DNA of 64,000 nucleotides, from NCBI GenBank assembly GCA_963703505.1, contig CAVPEL010000001.1:4269-68268 (forward strand). The letters run 5' to 3'. Every line of letters starts with the position of its first letter. Position 1 is the stretch's first letter. Positions 1 to 9,660 of this stretch are shown in pieces. The notes beneath the pieces are model-generated. The model was not told where the DNA came from. It did no database searches and saw only the letters and a list, made by a program, of their open reading frames with translations. The position numbers and the translations under genes are program-made. The stretch comes from an uncultured Actinomycetota bacterium (GTDB taxonomy: Bacteria; Actinomycetota; Actinomycetes; CAVPEL01).

Positions 1-142
1 GTGGCCATGGTCTGGCGCTCTCCTCATCGCTGGTCATGCTGTCGGCGCGACGCTATACGACTCGGGCGGGTTGCGTACCGGTAGCGTTGGCCCGTGACCG
101 AATCTGCTGAAGACTTCGACGCCGACGAGCCTGTCGAGGTGG

Positions 143-328
143 TTGAGCTCCGAGCCCACGGCCGACGCCTCCTTCGTCGACATCGAGCCGACCGGCGAAC
201 CTCGCGTCGACGCCGCGCTGGCCCGCCTAGCCGAGCTCGACGAGCAGCCGACGGTCGCCCACGTCGAGATCTACGATGCCGTCCACCGCGGGTTGCAAGA
301 CGCCCTCGCGGACCTCGACGGGTCCTGA
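143..328 (+). CDS. small acidic conserved hypothetical protein (61 aa) upstream of tlyA
   Basis: ORF track 143..328 with a TTG start. It sits where a small ORF precedes tlyA-nadK-recN in other actinobacteria. No domain recognised. Confidence 0.4.
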   Translation: MSSEPTADASFVDIEPTGEPRVDAALARLAELDEQPTVAHVEIYDAVHRGLQDALADLDGS

Positions 329-332
329 GCCG

Positions 333-1141
333 ATGGTGCGCCGGGCCCGGCTCGATGCCGAGTTGGTGCGGCGCGGGTTGGCGCGATCCCGCGAGCAGGC
401 CGCTGAGCTGGTGGCGGCCGGTCGGGTGACCGTAGCCGGAACGACGGCGACCAAACCTGCGACCGCCGTCGAGCCGGCCACACCGCTGATCGTCCGTGCC
501 GATGTCCACGACCCGTCCTACGTCTCGCGCGGCGGACACAAGCTGGCCGGCGCGATCGACGCGTTCGCCCCAGCGGGCCTCGTCGTGCGGGGCCGCCGGT
601 GCCTGGATGCTGGCGCGTCCACCGGCGGCTTCACGGACGTGCTGCTGCGCGGCCGGCGCCGCCCACGTGCTGGCCGTCGATGTCGGCTACGGGCAGCTCG
701 CGTGGGCGCTGCAAACCGATGAGCGGGTCCGCGTGCTGGACCGGACCAACGTGCGGGACCTGACCGCGGAGCTGGTGGGGGAGCCGGTCGACCTCGTGGT
801 GGGCGACCTGTCGTTCATCTCGCTGCGCCTGGTCCTGCCGGCCCTGGTGACGGTGGTGCGACCTGGCGCCGACCTGGTGCTGATGGTGAAGCCCCAGTTC
901 GAGGTCGGGCGCGAGCGGTTGGGCACCGGCGGCGTGGTCCGCGATCCGGCGCTGCGCGCTGACGCGGTTCGCCAGGTGGCTTCGACCGCGTTCGCGCTGG
1001 GCCACGGCGTGCGAGGTGTCACGGCGAGCCCGCTGCCGGGCCCGGCAGGCAACGTGGAGTATTTCCTGTGGCTGGCCGCAGGTGCGCGCGCCGCTGGATC
1101 CCGGCGACCTGGCTCGGGCGATCGAGGAGGGACCGCAATGA
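333..1141 (+). pseudogene. tlyA: TlyA-family 16S/23S rRNA (cytidine-2'-O)-methyltransferase/hemolysin; frame disrupted as sequenced
   Basis: S4-like N-terminus MVRRARLDAELVRRGLARSREQA, SAM motif LDAGASTGGFTDVLL, and later VDVGYGQLAW and NVEYFLWL. The frame changes near 651 and near 1080, and the C-terminus RAPLDPGDLARAIEEGPQ ends at 1141. Confidence 0.85.
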
Positions 1142-1157
1142 GCGCGAGGGGGGCCTT

Positions 1158-2054
1158 GTGAGCCGCCGTGTGCTGCTTGTCGTCCACACCGGGCGTGACG
1201 AGCCGGTGCACAGTGCCCGCACGGTCGCGGCGCACCTGGTCGCCGCCGGGATGGATGTCGAGGTGCTCCACGACGAGGCCCATGCGTTGGACATCGCCGA
1301 CGCTCGGGTGGTGGGAGCCGACAGCCACGCCGCCGACGGCGTCGAGGTGGTCGTGGTTCTGGGCGGCGACGGCACGTTGCTGCGTGCCGCGGAGTTCGCC
1401 CGGCCGGTCGGCGCGCCGCTGCTGGGGGTCAACCTCGGCCACGTGGGCTTCCTCGCAGAGGCCGATCGGGAGGACCTCGCCGCGGCGGCCAGCCGGGTCG
1501 CCGGGCGGCTGTACGAGGTCGAGGAGCGCATGACGCTCGACGTCACCGTCTCGGCCAACGGAGAGCCGGCGTGGACGGGCTGGGCGCTCAACGAGGCGAC
1601 CGTCGAGAAGGGCGCACGCGAGCGGATGCTCGAGGTGGTGACCGAGGTCGACGGCCGCCCGCTGTCCCGCTTCGGTTGTGACGGCATCGTGCTCGGCACG
1701 CCGACCGGCTCCACTGCCTACGCGTTCTCGGCGGGCGGCCCTGTGGTGTGGCCGGAGGTGGAGGCTTTGCTGGCCGTCCCGATCAGCGCGCACGCCTTGT
1801 TCGCGAGGCCGCTGGTGGTGGCGCCGTCCTCGGTGCTCGCGGTCGAGGTGCTCGCCGGAACCCGCGACGGTGTGCTGTGGTGCGACGGCCGTCGCAGCGC
1901 CGACGTGCCCGCCGGCTCACGCGTAGAGGTCCGGCGGGGGGTTGCCCCGGTGCGCCTCGCCAGGCTGCACGCCGGCCCGTTCACCGACCGTCTGGTTGCC
2001 AAGTTCGGGCTGTCTGTGCAGGGATGGCGCGGCCGAGGCGGCACGCACCACTAA
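1158..2054 (+). CDS. nadK: NAD kinase
   Basis: GTG start at 1158. Contains the GGDGTLL motif, NLGHVGFL and GTPTGSTAYAFSAGGP. Intact frame, in the tlyA-nadK-recN synteny. Confidence 0.9.
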   Translation: MSRRVLLVVHTGRDEPVHSARTVAAHLVAAGMDVEVLHDEAHALDIADARVVGADSHAADGVEVVVVLGGDGTLLRAAEFARPVGAPLLGVNLGHVGFLAEADREDLAAAASRVAGRLYEVEERMTLDVTVSANGEPAWTGWALNEATVEKGARERMLEVVTEVDGRPLSRFGCDGIVLGTPTGSTAYAFSAGGPVVWPEVEALLAVPISAHALFARPLVVAPSSVLAVEVLAGTRDGVLWCDGRRSADVPAGSRVEVRRGVAPVRLARLHAGPFTDRLVAKFGLSVQGWRGRGGTHH

Positions 2055-2063
2055 CATCCGAGG

Positions 2064-3761
2064 ATGCTCGAAGAGCTGCGGATCCGATGCCTCGGCGTGA
2101 TCGCCGAGGCTGTCGTCGAGTTTGCCCCTGGTCTCACGGTCGTGACGGGTGAGACTGGCGCGGGCAAAACCATGGTCGTCTCCGGGTTGAGCCTCCTGCT
2201 AGGCGGGCGGGCGGATGCCGGGCAGGTCCGCAGCGGTGAGGCTCGGGCGAGCGTCGAGGGACGGCTGTTGGTTGCGAAGGACGGCGTCGTCGCGCAGCGA
2301 GTCGAGGAGGTCGGCGGGGACCTGGACGGCGGCGCGGTCCTGATCGGTCGCACGGTCGGTGCTGACGGTCGGTCGCGGGCTCAGCTCGGCGGGCGGGGAG
2401 TGCCGATCGCGGTGCTGTCTGAGCTCGCCGACGAGATGATCGCCATCCATGGCCAGCACGATCAGCAGCGGCTCCTGTCCACAAGCCGGCAGCGCGAAGC
2501 CCTCGACCGGTACGCCGGCGACGCCGTGGGCGTGCCGCTGCGCCGCTACCGCAGCGCCTTCGGGCGGCACCGCGAAGTGGTCGACGCGCTGGCCGAGCTG
2601 ACCGGTCAGGCCCGCGAGCGGGCGCGCGAGCTCGATGCGCTGAGGTTCGGCTGCCAGGAGATCGAGGCGGTGGCACCTCGCCTCGGCGAGGACGTGGAGC
2701 TGCGCACCGAGGTGGCCCGGCTCGCGCACGCCGAGGCGCTGCGGGCAGCCTCGGGCGCGGCGCACACCGCGCTGGTCGGCGACGGCACCGACGCGTCGGG
2801 CGCCACCGACCTGATCGCCGCCGGCCGCGCCGTACTGGAGCGGGAGAGCCAGCATGATCCAGTGCTGGCCGCGCTGGGGGAACGGATCGCCGAGGCCGGC
2901 TACCTGCTCGCCGACGCGGCCGGTGACCTCGCCTCCTACCTGGCCGGCCTGGATGTCGACCCGGCGAGGCTCGCGGCCGCGCAGGACCGTCAGGCGGCGC
3001 TCGCCGGCCTGACGCGCAAGTACGGCGAGGACCTAGGCGCCGTGCTGTCCTGGGCGCAGGACGCCAGCGAGCGCATCGCGGAGCTGGACGGGCATGAGGA
3101 GCGGACCGGTGACCTCGAGCACGAGCGCGTCGAGCTGCTCGCGCAGATGCGGGAGAGCGCCGAGCAGGTGAGTGCGGCCCGATCGGCAGCGGCCGTGCAG
3201 CTTGGTGCAGCGGTGACGGCCGAGCTGCACGACCTGGCCATGCCTCACGCCGAAGTGATCGCCGCGGTGACTCGTCGGGAGGCATTCGGCCCGCACGGTG
3301 TCGACGAGGTGGAGCTGCTGCTGGCGGCGAACCCCGGTGCGCCCGCCCGCTCACTGGCCAAGGCGGCGTCGGGTGGTGAGCTGTCCCGCGTCATGCTCGC
3401 GGTCGAGGTGGTCTTCGCGGGCGCGGACCCGGTGCCGACGTTCGTGTTCGACGAGGTGGACGCCGGGGTCGGCGGCAAGGCGGCGGTGGAGATCGGCCGC
3501 CGGCTCGCCCGGCTGGCCCGGACCTCCCAGGTGGTGGTCGTCACCCACCTGCCGCAGGTCGCGGCCTTCGCCGATCACCACCTGGTGGTCGTGAAGTCAG
3601 ATGACGGCGTGGTCACCCGCAGCGGCGTGGTGGCGCTGGAGGGCCACGCTCGGGTGCGCGAGCTGTCCCGGATGCTCGCCGGCCTGGAGGGATCACAGGC
3701 GGCTCAGGCTCACGCGGCCGAGCTGCTCGCGGCCGCCGACGCCTTCAGGCTGGGCTCGTAG
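2064..3761 (+). CDS. recN: DNA repair protein RecN
   Basis: 565 aa, intact. Walker A GETGAGKT, long coiled-coil middle, C-terminal ASGGELSRVMLA signature and FDEVDAGVGG. Confidence 0.95.
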   Translation: MLEELRIRCLGVIAEAVVEFAPGLTVVTGETGAGKTMVVSGLSLLLGGRADAGQVRSGEARASVEGRLLVAKDGVVAQRVEEVGGDLDGGAVLIGRTVGADGRSRAQLGGRGVPIAVLSELADEMIAIHGQHDQQRLLSTSRQREALDRYAGDAVGVPLRRYRSAFGRHREVVDALAELTGQARERARELDALRFGCQEIEAVAPRLGEDVELRTEVARLAHAEALRAASGAAHTALVGDGTDASGATDLIAAGRAVLERESQHDPVLAALGERIAEAGYLLADAAGDLASYLAGLDVDPARLAAAQDRQAALAGLTRKYGEDLGAVLSWAQDASERIAELDGHEERTGDLEHERVELLAQMRESAEQVSAARSAAAVQLGAAVTAELHDLAMPHAEVIAAVTRREAFGPHGVDEVELLLAANPGAPARSLAKAASGGELSRVMLAVEVVFAGADPVPTFVFDEVDAGVGGKAAVEIGRRLARLARTSQVVVVTHLPQVAAFADHHLVVVKSDDGVVTRSGVVALEGHARVRELSRMLAGLEGSQAAQAHAAELLAAADAFRLGS

Positions 3762-3803
3762 CGCTGTCGTCGGCCGGTCGAGGCCCGCGGACCATGTGGA
3801 ACG

Positions 3804-4997
3804 ATGACAAACGTGAGGATCACCACGCTGAGACGGAGCCGCGTTGGTGACACCGCGCTCCCGGGCATCTGCGGTGTCGCTCGCCTGGACCGGCGGACGA
3901 AGAACCTCACGAGGCGGCTGCGGCCCGGGGACATCGCGGTCATCGACCACCAGGACCTCGACCGGGTCGCGGCCGAGGCGTTGGTGGCGTGCAGGGTGGG
4001 CGCGGTGGTCAACGTGGCAACGAGCATCAGCGGCCGCTACCCCAACCTCGGCCCGGAGATCCTGCTGGATCACGGCGTGGCGTTGCTCGACGCGGTCGGT
4101 CCGGACGTGTTCGACCGGGTCCGGGAAGGCGACCAGGTGAGGCTGGCCGCGAACCAGCTGTACGCCGGCGAGCGGGTGGTCGCCGAAGGCGTGCTCCTCG
4201 ATGCGGCGGCCGTGCGGTCGGCGATGGAGGAGGCGCGGGCTGGTCTGGCGGACCAGATGGAGGCCTTCGCCGCGAACACCATGGCCTTCCTGCGGGTCGA
4301 GCGGGACGTGCTGCTGGAAGACGCCAGCTTCGCGAAGCTGCGGACCGAGATGACCGGCAAGCACGTGCTCATCGTCGTGCGCGGTTCGTCCTACCGTGAG
4401 GACCTGCAGACGCTGCGCCCCTACGTCCGCGAGTACCGCCCCGTTCTCATCGGCGTCGACGGCGGCGCTGATGCGCTGCTCGACGCCGGATACCGGCCCG
4501 ACATCATCCTCGGCGATATGGACTCCGTGTCCGACAAGGCCCTGCGCTGCGGCGCGGAGATCGTGGTGCATGCCTACCGGGACGGCCAGGCACCGGGTCT
4601 GGCCCGCGTCGAGGCGCTGGGGATGGAGTCGGTGGTCATGCCGGCCGCCGGGACGAGCGAGGATCTCGCGATGCTGGTCGCCGACGACAAGGGTGCCAGC
4701 CTCATCGTCGCCGTGGGCAGCCATGCCACCCTCATCGAGTTCCTCGACAAGGGACGTGAGGGGATGGCCAGCACCTTCCTCACCCGGCTGCGCATCGGCG
4801 GCAAGCTGGTCGACGCCAAGGGCGTGAGCCGGCTCTACCGCAGCCGGATCTCCACCTCGTCGCTCTTCCTGCTGGTGGTGTCGGCGCTGGTGACGCTCGC
4901 GGTGGTGGTGGGATTCTCCCCTGTCGGACAGGTCTATCTGACGATCCTCGGAGCGAAGTGGGACACCGTGTACGCCTGGGTCGTGGGACTGTTCTGA
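3804..4997 (+). CDS. steA: SteA-like cytokinetic ring-associated protein (thiamine pyrophosphokinase-like fold, C-terminal TM)
   Basis: 397 aa, intact. Conserved position after recN (Rv1697 equivalent). GDMDSV motif and a C-terminal hydrophobic helix LFLLVVSALVTLAVVV. Confidence 0.75.
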   Translation: MTNVRITTLRRSRVGDTALPGICGVARLDRRTKNLTRRLRPGDIAVIDHQDLDRVAAEALVACRVGAVVNVATSISGRYPNLGPEILLDHGVALLDAVGPDVFDRVREGDQVRLAANQLYAGERVVAEGVLLDAAAVRSAMEEARAGLADQMEAFAANTMAFLRVERDVLLEDASFAKLRTEMTGKHVLIVVRGSSYREDLQTLRPYVREYRPVLIGVDGGADALLDAGYRPDIILGDMDSVSDKALRCGAEIVVHAYRDGQAPGLARVEALGMESVVMPAAGTSEDLAMLVADDKGASLIVAVGSHATLIEFLDKGREGMASTFLTRLRIGGKLVDAKGVSRLYRSRISTSSLFLLVVSALVTLAVVVGFSPVGQVYLTILGAKWDTVYAWVVGLF

Positions 4998-4998
4998 C

Positions 4999-5964
4999 AT
5001 GGTCGACTTCCGCTACCACGTGGTATCCATCGTCGCGGTCTTCCTGGCGCTCGCGGTGGGAATCGTGCTCGGCACCAACGTGCTGAGCGGCGACGTCCTG
5101 GCCAGTCTGAAGGCCGAGACCAGCCAGCTGCGCAAGGAGAAGCAAGACCTCCGCGACGAGCTCACCGCTGACAAGGCGCAGGTGGGCAACTACGCCGCGT
5201 TCGCCCAGCTAGCGGAGCCGACCCTCGTCGCGGGGCAGCTGTCCGGCCAGCGGATCGTCATGGTCCTGGCACCGGGCGCCTCCAAGGACCTGCGCGACCA
5301 GGTCGCGAAGTCCCTCGTCATGGCCGGCGCGAGGGTGAGCGCGCAGATTGAGATCCAGCCTGCGTTCGTCGACGCGACGCACGTCGCTGTGCTCGAGTCG
5401 GTCATCGACCTGCTGGGACCGGGCGCGCTGCAGCTGCCGCCGGACGCGGACGTCTACCAGCAGGCTGCTGCGGCGCTTGCGGTCTCGCTAGCGACCTCGC
5501 CCCGCACGAGCGTGCACCCGGAGACGACCGACGGGCTGTCCGAGGCCGCGGTGGCGCTGTTGAGGGGGCTGGCCGACGACGGGTTCATCAAGCTGCCTGA
5601 GCAACCCACCGCCACCGGAACGATGATGGTTCTCATCGGTGCCGCCACGCCCGCCAAGGCCTCGGCCAGCGACGCGGAGAGCGCCGCCATCCTGGTCGAG
5701 CTTGCCCAGGCGTTCGCCGCGACCAGCGGTGCCGCACTGATCGCCGGTCCGACCGGCAGCGACGACCCAGACGGCCTGCTTGGCGCGCTTCGCGGCGACG
5801 GCACCGCGGCGAAGGTGGTCGCGGGGGTGGACAACGTGGACGTGCCGCCTGGACGGGTCGCGGCGGTGCTCGCCTTGGCCGGTGCAGTCAGGGGCGTGGT
5901 CGGCCAGTTCGGCACCGGCACCGGTTCGAGCGCGACGATCCCGACACCCGCGTCAGGTCGGTAG
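4999..5964 (+). CDS. MctB/SteB-family membrane protein (copper transporter family PF11382-like)
   Basis: N-terminus MVDFRYHVVSIVAVFLALAVGIVLG is typical of the family. It starts 2 nt after the steA stop. Rv1698 equivalent position. Confidence 0.7.
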   Translation: MVDFRYHVVSIVAVFLALAVGIVLGTNVLSGDVLASLKAETSQLRKEKQDLRDELTADKAQVGNYAAFAQLAEPTLVAGQLSGQRIVMVLAPGASKDLRDQVAKSLVMAGARVSAQIEIQPAFVDATHVAVLESVIDLLGPGALQLPPDADVYQQAAAALAVSLATSPRTSVHPETTDGLSEAAVALLRGLADDGFIKLPEQPTATGTMMVLIGAATPAKASASDAESAAILVELAQAFAATSGAALIAGPTGSDDPDGLLGALRGDGTAAKVVAGVDNVDVPPGRVAAVLALAGAVRGVVGQFGTGTGSSATIPTPASGR

Positions 5965-5966
5965 CT

Positions 5967-6836
5967 GTGGCATCGGCAATCGTTCGCCGGCTGGGCATTG
6001 CAGCCGGTGCCGCCATGACGGCCCGGGCCGTCGCTGCACAGCTGGCAGAACACCCGGTGGGTCCGCCAGGGCTGTGGCAGCGGACGAACCACCGGGGGGC
6101 CACCGTCAGCCTGGTCTCCGGCCCCGCCTTCGTCGCTGCGGCGGCGGCAATGGCTCTGGCGGCTCCGGGGCTGCCCGGGCGGGTGCGTGCGGCGGCCGTG
6201 ATTGCCGGGTTGGGCGCGGGCGCGGTCGGGCTCTACGACGACATCGCGGGGCGAACGTCGGCCAAGGGGTTCGCCGGTCACTTCTCGGCCCTGCGTCACG
6301 GCGAGCTGACCACTGGTGTGATGAAGGTGGCCGGCATCGGTGGGGCCTCGATGGCGGCGGCGCTCGTCGGCGTACGTGGCACCGCGGTGGACAAGCTGGT
6401 CGCGGGTGCGGCGATCGCCGGTGCAGCCAACCTTGCGAACCTCTTCGACCTGCGGCCGGGCCGTGCGGTCAAGGCCGGCCTGCTCGTCGCGGTGCCGATG
6501 ACCGCAGTCGCCGGTCCCGCGGGGGTGCTGGCGGCGGCGACCGGCGGTGCGGCGGGCGGTGTGCTTGGCGACGACCTGGCGGAGCGCACGATGCTCGGTG
6601 ACTGCGGGGCCAATGCGCTCGGCGCACTGTGCGGGTTGGCGGTGTGCCTGGCGTCTGGCCGCGCGGGGCGGTGGGCGGCGTTGTTCGTGGTGGGTGCGCT
6701 GAACGCGGCGAGCGAGCGGATCAGCTTCTCTCGGGTGATCGAGGCGAACCCGATGCTGCGCCACCTCGACGAATGGGGTCGGCAGACGGCATCGGCGCCC
6801 CAAGCCGCCGCTCCGCCTCGCCCCGGGTCACCGTGA
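5967..6836 (+). CDS. short MraY/WecA-like (glycosyltransferase family 4) polytopic membrane protein with divergent motifs
   Basis: 289 aa and hydrophobic. GLYDDI (DD motif), NLANLFDLRPGR (compare NxxNxxDGxDG) and GDCGANALG (compare GDxGS). The stop overlaps the next start (GTGA at 6833-6836). Confidence 0.5.
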   Translation: MASAIVRRLGIAAGAAMTARAVAAQLAEHPVGPPGLWQRTNHRGATVSLVSGPAFVAAAAAMALAAPGLPGRVRAAAVIAGLGAGAVGLYDDIAGRTSAKGFAGHFSALRHGELTTGVMKVAGIGGASMAAALVGVRGTAVDKLVAGAAIAGAANLANLFDLRPGRAVKAGLLVAVPMTAVAGPAGVLAAATGGAAGGVLGDDLAERTMLGDCGANALGALCGLAVCLASGRAGRWAALFVVGALNAASERISFSRVIEANPMLRHLDEWGRQTASAPQAAAPPRPGSP

Positions 6837-8501
6837 GCGCAGGGCGTGGGACGGGGGTCCGGCCTGGTCGGCCCTGGCTCGGCCGCGCCCAGGCTCAGGG
6901 CATCGTGGCGGCCGCTGCGGGCATCGCCGTCGTCACCATGGCCAGTCGGATCGTCGGCTTTGGTCGGACCGTGGTCTTCGCCCGGACGGTCGGCGCAACG
7001 TGCTTGGGCGACACCTACGTCACGGCTAACACCGTGCCGAACATCGTGTTCGAGGTGGTGGCCGGCGGCGCGCTCGCCAGCCTGGTGGTTCCCGTGCTGG
7101 CAGGCGCCGCGGCCCGTGGGGACAAGGCGGAGGCCGGGCGCATAGCCTCCGCCCTGCTCGGCTGGACGTTCCTGGTGCTGGTGCCGTTGATGCTCGTGGG
7201 CCTCGCCGTCGCTCGGCCGGTCATGGGCCTGCTCATCGGCTCGGCGCGCGATGGTTGCTCGCGGGCCGACGAGCTCGCGGTCGGGGCGCGCATGCTCGTG
7301 GTGTTCTTGCCGCAGGTCGTGCTGTACGGACTGGCTGTCGTGCTCATCGGCATCCTGCAGGCGCATCGCCGCTTCCTCGGGCCTGCCCTGGCGCCGCTGT
7401 TGTCGAGCGTGGCGGTGATCGGCTGCTACGTGGTCTATGCGGCGCGCAGCGCGTCACCGGGCGACCTCGCGCAGCTGTCCACCGCCGGGGAGCTGACGTT
7501 GTCGATCGGGACCACCTTGGGGGTCGCGGTTCTGGCGTTCTCGCTGGTGCCACCGCTGCGCCGGTTGCGGCTGGGGTTGCGCCCGACGCTGACCTTTCCG
7601 CCGGGCGTCGGCTCACGGGTGGCGCGACTGGCGGTCGCCGGGCTGACGGCGCTGGCCGCCCAGCAGCTGTCGGTGGCGGTGGTGCTGCGTCTCGCACACA
7701 CCGGGGATGGCGGCACGCTCGTCCTGTACAGCCTCGCGTGGGCGGTGTTCCTGGTGCCCTGGGCGGTGCTCGCGGTCCCGCTTGCGACGAGTGCCTTCCC
7801 TGCCTTGAGCGCCATGGCGGAGGCAGGTGATGAGCCGGGCTACTCGCGGACGATGGCCAGCACCACCCGGGCCGTGCTGCTGGTCACCACGGCCGCGGCA
7901 GCCGTCGTCGTGGCGTCCGCGGTGCCCGTGGCACGGCTGCTCGTGCTGCACGTGCCAGGCAACGGCGACACCGTCGCGTTGGCGTGGACGCTGGTGGCCT
8001 TCGCGCCGGGCCTCGTCGGGTACGGGCTGGTCGCGCACCTGACCCGGGCGCTGTACGCCAGGGGAACGGGGCGCTTCGCGGCAACTGCGACGGTCATCGG
8101 CTGGGTGGTCGGTGATCGGCGTCGACCTGGCGCTGGTGCCGGCAGTCGACGTGCGCTGGCGGGTCGTCGCCCTCGGGGCAGGCAACACCATCGGCATGTC
8201 TGTCGCGGGGGTGCTGCTGCTCGTCGGCGCCGCGCGGGCCACCCGCCACCATCCGATGCGAGGCATCGCAACGACCGCGCTCACCACGGTTGCGGCGGCC
8301 TCCGTCGCGGCCGCAGCCGGCTGGTTCGCTGCCCGGATGTTCGGCCACCCTGGGGTGCTGGCCAGTCTGGGCACGTCCCTGGTCAGCGCGGGGGTGACCC
8401 TGGTCGCCTTCGTCGCCGTGTTGGCGGTGGTCGCGCCAGGCGTCGTCCGCGCTGACCTCCGAGCGCTGATGACCCGTCGATTGCCCGAGGGGCGGCCATG
8501 A
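6833..8501 (+). pseudogene. murJ: MurJ/MviN-family lipid II-type flippase; one frame change as sequenced
   Basis: ASRIVGFGRTVVFARTVGATCLGDTYVTANTVPNIVFEVVAGGALAS is a typical MurJ N-terminus, followed by about 14 hydrophobic segments. The frame changes near 8105 (ORFs 6629..8455 and 8112..8501). Confidence 0.85.
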
Positions 8502-9660
8502 CGGCTGACCCAGTCCGCGGACGTCCTGGCGCGGGCGGGCACGACGGGCAGCTGGCCGGGCGCCGAGTCGCCCTCGTGCTGGCCACCAGCACCGGCGGAG
8601 TAGGCCGCCACGTGCGCTCGCTCGCGACCGGCCTGGTGGCCCGTCACGCGCAGGTCGCGGTGCTAGGTCCGGCGGCCACCGAGCGGATGTTCTGCTTTTC
8701 CGATGTCGGCGCGTCGTTCGCCGCGGTCGAGGTGGCGGCCGGGCTGCGGCCGCTCGCGGACCTGCGAGCGGCGCTTCGGCTGCGGCGGTTGCTGCGCGAG
8801 CGCCGACCTCGTGCACGCACACGGGTTGCGCGCCGGCCTGGTCGCCGCCCTCGCGCTAGGTGGCCGGATGAACCGACCACCGCTCGTGGTCACCTGGCAC
8901 AACGCAGTGCTCGCCCACTCCTGGCAGCGCCGGGTGCTGCGCGCGGGGGAAGCGCTGGTGGCGCGGCGTGCACGGCTCACCCTGTGCGTCTCCGCCGACC
9001 TCGTCGCACGGGTGCGGGCGCTCGGTGGGCGTGACGTCCGCCTGGTCCCGGCAGCCGCGCCGGAGCTCGATGCACCGCGCCGCCCTGCCGAGGACGTGCG
9101 GCGCGAGCTCGGCGTGGCGGACGGCCAGCCGCTCCTCCTGACCGTGGCCCGGCTGCACCCGCAGAAGGGGCTGGACGTCCTCATCGACGCGGCGGCCCTG
9201 CTGGCCAGGCGTGCACCTAGCCCCTTGGTCGTCGTCGCCGGTGAAGGGCCGTTGGCGGGCGAGCTCGCGGCCCGCATCGCGGCCACCGGAGCACCGGTGC
9301 GGCTGCTCGGGCCGCGCGGTGACATCGCGGAACTGCTCGCCGCCGCCGACGTCGTGGTGGTGCCGAGCCGATGGGAAGGCTCGCCGCTAGCCGTCCAGGA
9401 GGCGCTGCGAGCCGGGCGACCGGTTGTCGCGAGCGCAGTCGGCGGGGTCGTGGAGATGGTCGGTGACGGAGCGGTGCTCGTGGCCGCCGGAGGACCACGC
9501 AGCGCTGGCGGCGGCAGTCGAGGTTCTGCTCGACGATCCGGTGGAGGCGGCACGACTCGGCGACCGCGCCCGAGCGCGCGCGGCCGCCTGGCCCACCGAG
9601 CACGACACGCTCGCGGTGATCGCCGGGCTGTACACGATGGTGCTGGCGGGGGCGCGATGA
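8498..9660 (+). pseudogene. GT-B fold glycosyltransferase (GT4 family); two frame changes as sequenced
   Basis: STGGVGRHVRSLA N-terminal motif; RLHPQKGLDVL and VVVPSRWEGSPLAVQEALRAGRPVVAS (EX7E region). The ATGA overlap with murJ is at 8498-8501. The frame changes near 8805 and 9480. Confidence 0.85.
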